Origin: Klebsiella phage vB_KpM_FBKp24
Sequence record: MW394391.1
DNA: 64,000 bases
Direction: 5' to 3' (one strand)
Part shown: positions 29,681 to 38,416 of the stretch, piece after piece
Numbering within the stretch: position 1 is the stretch's first letter
Layout of the letters: each line of letters starts with the position of its first letter
Translations under genes and position numbers: made by a program
The notes under the pieces: model-generated
What the model was told of the DNA's origin: nothing
What the model saw: only the letters and a program-made list of their open reading frames with translations
Databases searched by the model: none

Positions 29681-29714
29681 AGAGAATGAGAGAGGTTTCC
29701 CTCTCTCATTCTCT
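29681..29714. terminator. bidirectional hairpin AGAGAATGAGAGAGG-tttc-CCTCTCTCATTCTCT
   Basis: 15-bp perfect stem between convergent genes. Confidence 0.65.
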
Positions 29715-29716
29715 CT

Positions 29717-30094
29717 TTATGGTGCAACCGATAACGTGTGTAAATTGACAATCTGTTTTAACTCTTGACGCAGTATGAAACTGCTGTCTTCCACACCGTC
29801 CTTTAGCCAGTGCGGAATCATCTCTTCAAAGTAATTGGCAACCTTTTCGCTGGGCAATTTACGAATGATCTCGCACTGCTCATCGTTCCACAAGATTTCA
29901 GGGAGAATAGTACCTAACAATAATCCCCGAGAATCCTGCGCCAAATTAAGTCGCCGATTCATTGTGCACGCCAATCTCTGACATCCTCCAGATCGCCCGG
30001 AAAGCAACGTGTAGAATGACCCTAAGATCAGCAAACGTCTGCCCTTAGGCGTGAAGAGTTTTGGCCCTAAGGCCGCTAAGAGTAGTTTGATCAT
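29717..30094 (-). CDS. small protein with hydrophobic N-terminus (125 aa)
   Basis: Its start overlaps the stop of the RNase H fusion gene (ATGA). The N-terminal MIKLLLAALGPKLF is signal-peptide or transmembrane-like. Confidence 0.4.
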   Translation of the reverse strand: MIKLLLAALGPKLFTPKGRRLLILGSFYTLLSGRSGGCQRLACTMNRRLNLAQDSRGLLLGTILPEILWNDEQCEIIRKLPSEKVANYFEEMIPHWLKDGVEDSSFILRQELKQIVNLHTLSVAP

Positions 30095-31710
30095 AGTTTA
30101 CCCGTGATCTCAAAGAGGTTTGAGTTAAGTGATGCGGTAAACAACGTGTCCCCTTCTACTTCCAATAATGTAGCATATCGGAAGGCACGTGTCCCATCAG
30201 GCCAGGTGATAACACGCAATCTGAGATCTTCTGATGCCAGTGCGTTGATGGTGTTTCGAAGCGGGATATCCTGCCCCAACTTTAATTTTACTTTAACATT
30301 GCCTTCAGTGCCGTTAGCCAGTTTATAGTTGACCGGAACAGTGATGGCTTTATTAGGCGGATCCATTGCCTCGGTAGGTTTAGTGACCGGTTTCTTTTTC
30401 CCTTCCTGGGTAGTCTGTACACAGTGTTCGGTGATATCGGTGATGACCGAATTTCCTTTACCTGTAAACGCATACCCTAGAATCGTCAATAGGTTTTCAA
30501 AGCGGGTCAGTAAACGGAAACCGAGAAACGTCGGGCGCAGTTCTTCGATTAACGGTACTTTATCCGGCGAGCGAATAGTACTTTTTTCTGCGTCATCCCA
30601 TAACACCGACTGTTTATCCTGTATTAAGCTGACATAGCGATCTGCGTTGAGAATATTTTCCAAATGCCCCAACGTCATGATTTGCGTGCCATCATAATAC
30701 CGCCGTTTAAGGAAATCCCCCAACAGCTCTAATACCGGTTCTTTCTCTTTAGCGAACAAGATAGCAACTTTTGCTGTGGCGGTGGCTTTACCGATCATGT
30801 CCACTTCGGTGTCGTTCCCGTGGTTACCAAAGAAATAAACATGACGAGGATCGTAATCAACGGTATAATGGGTTCGGTCGGTTAACGCATACCACCACCG
30901 CTGCTCGAGTAAACGATTACTCGTTTTACTGTTTTGCGTATACCCTTTCCGGTCAGAGACCAGATAGACTGTTTTCCCGGGTTCATCTCGTTCAAGGATC
31001 ATTCCACGGTTGGCGTTGTAATCCGCCCGTTCATTCCCGGTAAATCCGGAGTGACCCGGGATATAACCAAACAACATCCGAGATTGTCCTTCGGCGACCA
31101 GTTCATCGAAGAGCGTGGTAATCAAAACCCAAAGGTCTTTATTCTGTACCGGCTTACGTTCGGTCGTCAACCAACCATTACGTTCCCAGTTTCGCCGATT
31201 GATCAGCAAACCTTCCAGTACGTATTTGGAATCAGCGAGGATACTGACTTCTTTTGGCTGGTATTTCTTGACAATCTCCAGACTGTTCAACATCCCCATC
31301 AGTTCGGTAAAGTTATTACTGGTCTTATACTGACCGCCGTAAGCGTCGATGAAATGCGTCGGGTTTACGGGTTTAACATTTTTGTTGTCGTCAGCATGAG
31401 TAATCCAAAAATCCCGGTCAACCTGACCAGAGAAGGAAGGATCTTTACCCGGGGGCAGCTCTACGTCCTTACAACGATGCTGGCGGCCATCGACGTAACC
31501 GATGTTTGTGAAAGCACCTTTTGCTTTCTTAATTTTTGCTTCTTTCGAATCCGAGACCGGGAACATATAACCATGAATTCCCCAACCTGAAAGTAGCGTT
31601 TGTGTGTTACTTCCGCCATCGCAGTAAAGCACCAGACTAAAAGTGCCTTTCTCAGGGAATTCCCCTTCCCATGATTGTTCAATCGTCATTTCTCGAATGT
31701 CCTGTATCAA
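30091..31710 (-). CDS. rnhA-like: RNase HI domain fused to an unknown C-terminal domain (539 aa)
   Basis: The N-terminal ~260 aa carry all RNase HI catalytic elements: LYCDGGS (D10), SNNFTELMGML (E48, compare TNNRMELMA), ILADSKYV (D70), WERNGWLTTERKPVQNKDLW and GHSGFTGNERADYNA (H124/D134). The C-terminal ~290 aa (30094-30915) have no recognisable motif. Confidence 0.8.
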   Translation of the reverse strand: MIQDIREMTIEQSWEGEFPEKGTFSLVLYCDGGSNTQTLLSGWGIHGYMFPVSDSKEAKIKKAKGAFTNIGYVDGRQHRCKDVELPPGKDPSFSGQVDRDFWITHADDNKNVKPVNPTHFIDAYGGQYKTSNNFTELMGMLNSLEIVKKYQPKEVSILADSKYVLEGLLINRRNWERNGWLTTERKPVQNKDLWVLITTLFDELVAEGQSRMLFGYIPGHSGFTGNERADYNANRGMILERDEPGKTVYLVSDRKGYTQNSKTSNRLLEQRWWYALTDRTHYTVDYDPRHVYFFGNHGNDTEVDMIGKATATAKVAILFAKEKEPVLELLGDFLKRRYYDGTQIMTLGHLENILNADRYVSLIQDKQSVLWDDAEKSTIRSPDKVPLIEELRPTFLGFRLLTRFENLLTILGYAFTGKGNSVITDITEHCVQTTQEGKKKPVTKPTEAMDPPNKAITVPVNYKLANGTEGNVKVKLKLGQDIPLRNTINALASEDLRLRVITWPDGTRAFRYATLLEVEGDTLFTASLNSNLFEITGKL

Positions 31711-31745
31711 AGTGAGTTCAGAAGAATAAACCCGCGCGTAAGAAA

Positions 31746-32174
31746 TCAGGGGTGCTTCCGCTGAAATTCCTCAATGATGTGATGAGTTTGGGCATCGCAA
31801 GCGGTCGGATGTTCAGTACAAACCCGTTGGAGCTCGGCGAGCTCCAACCGTGCATCGTTCTCCCAAGCAAACTTATCCATCGTGAGCTTATGGACATCGG
31901 TTTCGTAACGATCTCGACTGATCCCTACAGTACTAGGTTCTGCCTTTTTATCGGCCAGTTCCTTTAAGGTGATCTTGTGTATCCGGTAGAGTTCACGGTA
32001 CTTCACAATACCTACTGTTGTAGTCAAACCAAGAGTAAAAATCAAAATCGTTATTATCGTACGGTAAAAATACCGCTTTCTTTTGGTCGGCGGTTCTCGT
32101 GTATTATCCAGCCGGTATTGTTCCCGGATGAAATAATACAAGTACGGTAAAAAACGCAAGAAAAAGTAATTCAC
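31746..32174 (-). CDS. small membrane protein, one transmembrane helix (142 aa; GTG start)
   Basis: Transmembrane segment TIITILIFTLGLTTTVGIV. GGAGG RBS before a GTG start. Confidence 0.45.
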   Translation of the reverse strand: MNYFFLRFLPYLYYFIREQYRLDNTREPPTKRKRYFYRTIITILIFTLGLTTTVGIVKYRELYRIHKITLKELADKKAEPSTVGISRDRYETDVHKLTMDKFAWENDARLELAELQRVCTEHPTACDAQTHHIIEEFQRKHP

Positions 32175-32232
32175 GGCGGTACCTCCGCTAGCAGGTTCTT
32201 TCCTGTTTAATAATAGTTATGGAGTAGAAACA

Positions 32233-33534
32233 ATGTTGAATGCGTATAGTTTTGTTACAATAAAAAACTTTATCAATAATGCGATTGGACAGACAGCAAA
32301 AGTAGGTGAGCTCACCACCTACGGTGAGACCTACAGTACGGACGTAGGAACTTATTCTGTACCTGACTATACAGACGTTATCTTGAAAACGCTCTCTGTG
32401 ACTCGCGACGGTACCAAAACAGATTTAGGGCTGACCTATTACACCCAAATCCTGGAAATCTCCCAGTGGCTTTATCAGCGCAGTATCAACGGTTTGATCA
32501 CCGCCGATAGTGCTGCTTTATTACAGGCGTTAAACGCCCAGTTCAGTGACTTTGCTACCGTGAGTGAAGTTGGTAGTATTGTTAACAATGGCTCATATAA
32601 TTTTCCTTCCAGCCTCCATTTGTCCTTTAGTAACGCTGGCGAGGCAAATGACCTGTATGTATGGTACGCGATCGATAACTTTTTGGTGGAATACCCGCTC
32701 TACGAGCTGAGTGTTGTGATGCCGTTTGATGACATCGATATTCTGGTGGGCGATGCCGACACGGCTGTCAGTACAATTAACGCTATTACCCCGGTTAGCA
32801 ATACTGCCAGGATCACTGCGGCCATTGCCCAGAATCCACAAACAGATATCTGGACAGGTTATTTTACCTGGGTGGCGAAAGACAACGACGAAATCACAAA
32901 ACAAATCCCGATTAACGTCGTCATCTACGGATCCGCAGGGAAAAACCTCGATTACATCAAAGACGCTATTCGAGACCATATTCTGGGGAACAGTGCTTCG
33001 GGTACAGACGTTTGGGAAATCGTCCTTCCTGACCTGTTCACGCCAACAGAATATTACGTGGTTCCGGTATGGGATCGGATCTCACTGCCTAATCAGCTGG
33101 ACAGTACGGCACTCTATTCTCCGGTCTTACCGTATAAAGACTTCCTGACTTACACCGATAAGTACATGGCGGATTATGAACAGAGCCACGTCATCAATGC
33201 CGGTGAGATCGTCTTCAGTGTTTATCAGAACCTACAGTTACTGGTGTGTGGTCATGTACGAAACTATAATGTCTCGTATATCTTCTCTGACCTTTGGCCT
33301 CGTTACGCGGCAATTCCTACGACCAGTTCTGAATTTGGTAAAATTCCCGAAGCGACCCGCAACTTTATTATTTCACTGATTGCCCTGCTGAAAACAGCGG
33401 AAACGGCGACCGGGACGTCAATTCTTCCTACCGGCTACACCCGAGCTAATCGTAACGGTACGTATTACATCACCATGACGGTTGACACGGTACAATACCT
33501 TGTTCCTATCAAATCGGGTTTCAGTAAGGACTAA
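32233..33534 (+). CDS. hypothetical structural protein (433 aa)
   Basis: GGAG RBS. It pairs with the downstream 200-aa gene across a 2-nt gap. Confidence 0.55.
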   Translation: MLNAYSFVTIKNFINNAIGQTAKVGELTTYGETYSTDVGTYSVPDYTDVILKTLSVTRDGTKTDLGLTYYTQILEISQWLYQRSINGLITADSAALLQALNAQFSDFATVSEVGSIVNNGSYNFPSSLHLSFSNAGEANDLYVWYAIDNFLVEYPLYELSVVMPFDDIDILVGDADTAVSTINAITPVSNTARITAAIAQNPQTDIWTGYFTWVAKDNDEITKQIPINVVIYGSAGKNLDYIKDAIRDHILGNSASGTDVWEIVLPDLFTPTEYYVVPVWDRISLPNQLDSTALYSPVLPYKDFLTYTDKYMADYEQSHVINAGEIVFSVYQNLQLLVCGHVRNYNVSYIFSDLWPRYAAIPTTSSEFGKIPEATRNFIISLIALLKTAETATGTSILPTGYTRANRNGTYYITMTVDTVQYLVPIKSGFSKD

Positions 33535-33536
33535 AG

Positions 33537-34139
33537 ATGGCCAGAACACGTAATACTCCGGCACTCGGGTTAAAAGGTAGATGGTCGCTTACCCAACCGT
33601 GGAGCGCCAATCAAACCTTAATTTATCAATGCACCGCAATTCGTTTCTTCACTGAGATGGTGGCGGAAGGGATTGATATTTTTACGGTCTACTACGAACC
33701 AAAAGGTTTGAGTCAATCGGATTACAACGCGGACTTGGCGGCCGGTGCCGCGATGTGCGTTCTCTATTCGTCGTCGGGTAGCGTTATTACAGTCCCTGAT
33801 ACGTACATCGAGAGTTTCCCAGGAATTGGAATGTCCAACTGGGGACAGGTGATCCTTTCGGCTTCTTTGGGCCCGATGCGTTTAGACCTCGACCTGACAT
33901 TCTTAAAAGAGCAAACCGGGAATCTGATTTCCAACACGATCGGGGTGGTTCCAGAGATCTACATTGATCAGCTCTCCACGGTAGAAGCGATCAGCAACAC
34001 TGATGCAGACGCAATCGAGGCAGCAAGATTGTCCGCGATCACAAACCGGACAAGTACGTATGCGGAAAATCTGGCGCTCAAAAAAGAGAATGCTAATCTT
34101 CGCTTGCAAATCCAAGCGCTGATTGCTGCGCGATCGTAA
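33537..34139 (+). CDS. hypothetical protein with C-terminal coiled coil (200 aa)
   Basis: C-terminal ENLALKKENANLRLQIQALIAAR heptads. Hairpin 34163-34194 lies downstream. Confidence 0.55.
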   Translation: MARTRNTPALGLKGRWSLTQPWSANQTLIYQCTAIRFFTEMVAEGIDIFTVYYEPKGLSQSDYNADLAAGAAMCVLYSSSGSVITVPDTYIESFPGIGMSNWGQVILSASLGPMRLDLDLTFLKEQTGNLISNTIGVVPEIYIDQLSTVEAISNTDADAIEAARLSAITNRTSTYAENLALKKENANLRLQIQALIAARS

Positions 34140-34162
34140 AAAAAAAAGAAAGACAACAAGTA

Positions 34163-34194
34163 CTCCCCTTCTCCGCTAAAGCGGAGAAGGGGAG
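34163..34194 (-). terminator. terminator CTCCCCTTCTCCGC-taaa-GCGGAGAAGGGGAG
   Basis: 14-bp stem, followed on the minus strand by a U9 tract. Lies between convergent genes. Confidence 0.65.
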
Positions 34195-34213
34195 CGTGTG
34201 TCTTTATCGCCGA

Positions 34214-34465
34214 TTATTCAGCAGCAGCGGGTTCTTTATCTTCCGCATACAGCGCAGTGAGGACTTCGGCTGCCGGGTAAAACTCTTCTTCGGTCCAGCC
34301 GTCATCACCGGCTTTGGCAGCGAGAACATTTTTCCCTTCGTCCAGGGAGGATTTGATCCAGCACAGAGAATCGACGGCCATATCGATCACGGTTTCGGCC
34401 GATACGTTGTCGGTAGTCAGAGAATTGATTTTTTCAGCGGTAGTTTCGTTCAGCGTTACTTTCAT
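34214..34465 (-). CDS. small highly acidic protein (83 aa)
   Basis: 18 Asp/Glu against 6 Lys and 0 Arg. AGGAAA RBS. It is the last gene of the SbcC-like operon, before terminator 34163-34194. Confidence 0.5.
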   Translation of the reverse strand: MKVTLNETTAEKINSLTTDNVSAETVIDMAVDSLCWIKSSLDEGKNVLAAKAGDDGWTEEEFYPAAEVLTALYAEDKEPAAAE

Positions 34466-34572
34466 GGTAGTTTCCTGTTTAATAAGTTAACGTGTTAATA
34501 GTCACATGTGTTTCACGGTTTGTTCAAAAGATAACCGAGTGGTTTAAAACTTGAAATTGACGGATTGGATAA

Positions 34573-34818
34573 TTAGCAGAAGGGTTTTAGCCCGGAGAAA
34601 CTATTTACCTGCATTTTAAGGGCGGCGATTTCTTTTTCCAATTCCATCTCCGCATGAGTAGTTTGCACTTTCCTTCTAACCATCACGTAATCATTGTCCT
34701 TGATCACGAGACTGGCGCGAGTGACTGTGATAATATCCTCTGGTTTCCGGTTCTCCCGTAAAAGTTGCAGTTCTTTCTTTAGCGCTTGACGCTTCTTGAT
34801 GATTTCTAAGTAGTCCAT
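34573..34818 (-). CDS. small coiled-coil protein (81 aa)
   Basis: ORF with a 1-nt spacing to the upstream gene. Confidence 0.45.
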   Translation of the reverse strand: MDYLEIIKKRQALKKELQLLRENRKPEDIITVTRASLVIKDNDYVMVRRKVQTTHAEMELEKEIAALKMQVNSFSGLKPFC

Positions 34819-34819
34819 T

Positions 34820-35143
34820 TTACCCCCGAGTATTGGTTTCTTCCAACCCGCTCAAAACGGTCTCCAGATCATCCAGGAACAACGTTTCATTTCCGATATA
34901 GATCGGGAAGCTGGGTTCTACTTCGACCTTCTCAACGAGTTTGGCGAGCTCTGGCATGATCATCGGCGTATAGCCGAGAAACTTCACTACCTTTTTCGCG
35001 GCGAGGGTCTGAACGGTTTGTTCGTAGCTCCTTACTTCAGCACGAACAGCCTGAATATAAGGTTTGTTTTCTGCGCTCAGCTCGTCACGAAGGGCCGAAA
35101 GTGCAGTGACAATTTTCCCGGCCTCAGAATCACTAAAACGCAT
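34820..35143 (-). CDS. hypothetical protein (107 aa)
   Basis: The track ORF extends to 35197. The ATG at 35143 (MRFSDSEAG...) avoids a 65-nt overlap and leaves an 11-nt overlap with the upstream gene. Confidence 0.45.
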   Translation of the reverse strand: MRFSDSEAGKIVTALSALRDELSAENKPYIQAVRAEVRSYEQTVQTLAAKKVVKFLGYTPMIMPELAKLVEKVEVEPSFPIYIGNETLFLDDLETVLSGLEETNTRG

Positions 35144-35774
35144 AGCATTTCCCTTTGGTAATTTGATTGAAGTTTCCAATGACGCGGCCCGGAACAAACA
35201 TAGCGTCCTTTGCGGTTTCCCGGAGAACGATACTGAAGATGGTCATCAGCTCGTACATCTGCGCCAGCGTCACGGAGTTCGGGACGGTGAAGATCAGGTT
35301 TACTGTTTCGGCAGGTAAGTCATTTTCTGCCAGCATTTGACGAAACTGATCTTCGAACTCGCTGACGTCCTTTTTATTTTTTACAAAATAGTAAACGTTT
35401 TGCGAGAAGACCTGCGCCTGACGAATTTCAATACGCACCTCCGTCAGTGCCGGCAGACTTTTAATTTCTTCCTGACAAAAGGTTTCGTACGGCGAGTTAA
35501 AATTCTGCACCGGGAAAAACTGGTCGTCTGTGTTTGCGACGTTGTCTTCGAAACATTGGCCGATACGATCAACCATTGCCTTAAAGGGTTCAGTGCGCAT
35601 CACATCCAGTAAACGTCCTCCCGAAAAACCGGAGTAGTTATTGTCAACCAGATCGTCATCGTCCAGCGCCGCTGTGCGAATAAACACAGTCTGGTGCTGA
35701 ATACCGATTTCACCGGTTCGTGTCGCTTTACCGTAGCTGGTAAGACGGTCTGCCATTTTAGTAATATTTTGCAT
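35133..35774 (-). CDS. hypothetical protein (213 aa)
   Basis: Immediately downstream of the SbcC-like gene, after hairpin 35829-35851. No metallophosphatase motifs, so it is not Mre11-like. Confidence 0.5.
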   Translation of the reverse strand: MQNITKMADRLTSYGKATRTGEIGIQHQTVFIRTAALDDDDLVDNNYSGFSGGRLLDVMRTEPFKAMVDRIGQCFEDNVANTDDQFFPVQNFNSPYETFCQEEIKSLPALTEVRIEIRQAQVFSQNVYYFVKNKKDVSEFEDQFRQMLAENDLPAETVNLIFTVPNSVTLAQMYELMTIFSIVLRETAKDAMFVPGRVIGNFNQITKGKCYAF

Positions 35775-35866
35775 TTATGACTCCTGTGTCAGTGGTCTTT
35801 GTTCAATAAGGTGATATATGCACAAAAGAGACTGGAAACGACTTCCAGTCTTTCTTCGTTATTAGA

Positions 35867-38338
35867 CTACGAAAATAAAGCCACGTTGTTCACCCCGTCC
35901 TTCGCCTGACGAAAATCAAAATCAATGATGTCCGAAAAAGGAAGAGCACCGTGGGAAACTGCGTGGTGGGAAATTAAAAACACCTGTGAAAATCTTTCAT
36001 TCTCAACCCCTCGGGTAATGAATTGCATTAAACGAGCTTTGTGTTCCGGGGAAAGCGGGCGGTCAACTTCATCCAGACAAAGCGGGACGTTGTTCAGGTT
36101 CAGGTATAACATCGCTGTTATCTGAAAGGCGAAATCAATGATTTTCATTTGTCCGTCTGAGCCGGTACGCATATCGGGAACAACATAATCGTCCGAGTCA
36201 TGTAATCGTAAAGGGAAGTCGTAGGAGAGGTCGGTATCGTTCGGTTTCCCAATCAGTAATTCCATAGGGTGTGTCCAGATCTCGGCAATTACCTCATTTA
36301 ACTGCGAGATAAAGAGTTTAATAAAACCGTTCATCTGTTCGGCTACTACCCCAGACTTCGGCGAAAGCGTGGAAACCAATAACCGGTAACTCTCCACTTT
36401 CTTTTTTTGTTTCTCTAGCTGCTTTCGAAGGTCATCGATTTGGTCTATCAATGTTTTAGCGTCGTTCAGGGTTTTGGTCAGTGTTCCAATATGCCCTTGT
36501 AAGTCCTGTATCAACAGCAGACGCGTTTGATTAAAGAGGTGGTCAATACCGTCCACTGTATCCGAAACCAGTCTCTCGTAGTTCTGTGTGGCATTATCCA
36601 CAGCTTCGGCATATTGGTCAGCGTACTTCAATCCTTGTTCCCAACTTCGCTGTTCTTCTCGAGCACGAGCCAGTTCATGATAAATCCCTTCCATCCCTTC
36701 TTTTACTTTATCATACCGGCTTCTTACCCCTTCAATCCCCGCTACAACATTTTCTTGTAACCGAGAAAGTACTAATTGCGCATCCTGCATTTTCTGTTTG
36801 GCCCGGTAAACCTCCAGACGTTTCTCCAGATCCTCTTTGAGTAGTAACATGACCTGCACTGCTCGTAACGGTTCGTCTTTCATGGCAACACGACGATCGA
36901 GTTCTAAGAATAACGACTGGGCGGCAGGGGCTTGGTTACGGAGTCCCACTAAATTGCGGAATTGATTCAGCCAGGTTTCGATATTGTCGATTGCTAAGCG
37001 ATTGTCCTCGATAGCCTTTTCACCCTGACGCAAACTTTCACCGACGTCGGTCAGTAATTTCATGAGACGGGGTCGGGCATCGGACGAAACTCCGGGGATG
37101 AAATGAAATTTACATTGCGGGCAATGAACTTCTTTCCCCTGTTCGAGATGATGGAGTTGTTCACGGTATTGCGCTTGTTTCGCGGACAAAGCGTTATAAT
37201 GGTCTTGAAAGCGTTGGCGGTTCTTAAGCAACTCTTCGTAATTTTGTCGGGTGAATTTCCCTTCTGGATCAGGGGTCATCTCCGTCAGTGTTCGAGACCA
37301 CTCCGGGAAGATCATGCTCAGTTGTTCCAGGGCCATTTCTAACGCATTATCATCGATCTCCAGTTCAGGGGCGTAATATTGCTCCTGTGAAGCTACGTGA
37401 AATTGTCGTTCCCAATAGTTGACTTCATTACGTAAACGACTGAGGTTCTCTTCGCTGGCATCGGCATTTCTTTTCAGTATTAATTCTAATTCGTCATATT
37501 CTTCCTGTAACGCTTTCTTACGCGTTTCCATGCCAAAGATATACTCTTTTAGCTTACTGATGCGTTCGATCCATACAGCGCGATCTGTGGCGTTTAAAGG
37601 GGCATCTGGCATAAGCTTGAGCGCAGACTTTATTTGTTCCGGGATTTGTTGCCACTGATATTGTAAGGCAACTGAATCTTGTGCGGTATTTTTTGTTTCC
37701 CGATAATCCTTCAGTACCTCAGTGACAATAGACTGATATTCGACCAGTCGTTCTTTCAACACGCGGTATTCTTCTTCTGAGATACGCTGGGCTTCTTTTT
37801 CTGCTAACGCTTCTTCTAATGCATTGACTGCGCCGGTAGCGTGCGATAACTTCTTCCGGGCTTTATGAAAAAGATTATTAGCAAACGACATATCCGAATC
37901 GGCTAATGCCGTCAATACCTCTTGTCGTTTTGCACTCCCTGCTGCTGAAAATGAAAACTGCCCCGACTGAATAAGTGCAGAGAATTTATCGCCGTTAAGG
38001 TACTTTTGGACAAGATCCCTTTGAACACTTGCGGTCCCGCCGTCATTAAGGTTTTCTCCGTTTAACCAAAATTCGTGTTTAGCATCGGAGCCCACAAGGG
38101 TTTTAGTTTCAATAATCCCGTGATCGGTCTCCAGTACCAAGCGAGATAAGCCGTTTTTTTCGAAGGCGTTACTTGCAGAAGGAAAGGCGGTGATTTCGTC
38201 CAGCAGTGCAGATTTACCGAATCCGTTTGGTCCTACGATAATCTGATAAGGACTTTTTGGCTTGTAGAGAATTCTTTCGATTAAGCCAGAACGCAGGCGC
38301 TTGTTATGAGAAATCTCGGCCTCAATTACTTTGATCAT
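35867..38338 (-). CDS. sbcC-like: Rad50/SbcC-like SMC-family ATPase (823 aa)
   Basis: N-terminal Walker A IIVGPNGFGKSALLDEI, a long coiled coil, a central CPQCKFHF zinc-hook CxxC, and C-terminal Walker B/D-loop LCLDEVDRPLSPEHKARL. This is the T4 gp46-like architecture. Confidence 0.8.
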   Translation of the reverse strand: MIKVIEAEISHNKRLRSGLIERILYKPKSPYQIIVGPNGFGKSALLDEITAFPSASNAFEKNGLSRLVLETDHGIIETKTLVGSDAKHEFWLNGENLNDGGTASVQRDLVQKYLNGDKFSALIQSGQFSFSAAGSAKRQEVLTALADSDMSFANNLFHKARKKLSHATGAVNALEEALAEKEAQRISEEEYRVLKERLVEYQSIVTEVLKDYRETKNTAQDSVALQYQWQQIPEQIKSALKLMPDAPLNATDRAVWIERISKLKEYIFGMETRKKALQEEYDELELILKRNADASEENLSRLRNEVNYWERQFHVASQEQYYAPELEIDDNALEMALEQLSMIFPEWSRTLTEMTPDPEGKFTRQNYEELLKNRQRFQDHYNALSAKQAQYREQLHHLEQGKEVHCPQCKFHFIPGVSSDARPRLMKLLTDVGESLRQGEKAIEDNRLAIDNIETWLNQFRNLVGLRNQAPAAQSLFLELDRRVAMKDEPLRAVQVMLLLKEDLEKRLEVYRAKQKMQDAQLVLSRLQENVVAGIEGVRSRYDKVKEGMEGIYHELARAREEQRSWEQGLKYADQYAEAVDNATQNYERLVSDTVDGIDHLFNQTRLLLIQDLQGHIGTLTKTLNDAKTLIDQIDDLRKQLEKQKKKVESYRLLVSTLSPKSGVVAEQMNGFIKLFISQLNEVIAEIWTHPMELLIGKPNDTDLSYDFPLRLHDSDDYVVPDMRTGSDGQMKIIDFAFQITAMLYLNLNNVPLCLDEVDRPLSPEHKARLMQFITRGVENERFSQVFLISHHAVSHGALPFSDIIDFDFRQAKDGVNNVALFS

Positions 38339-38416
38339 TTTTATCCCTTGTTTCGCCGGAATTATTTGTCTATTGGAATAGGCCGGAAAGTGAAAAAATA
38401 AAAGGAGAACACTTTT

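Noticed and set aside
30094-30915. GNHGND in the C-terminal domain of the RNase H fusion as a possible Mre11-type metallophosphatase motif (a missing partner for the SbcC-like ATPase).
   Set aside because: The other phosphoesterase motifs (GDxHG, GDxxDRG, GHxH) are not present in the correct order.
30934-31590. 218-aa plus-strand ORF inside the RNase H fusion gene.
   Set aside because: It is antisense to a gene with complete RNase HI catalytic motifs. It has no initiation signals.
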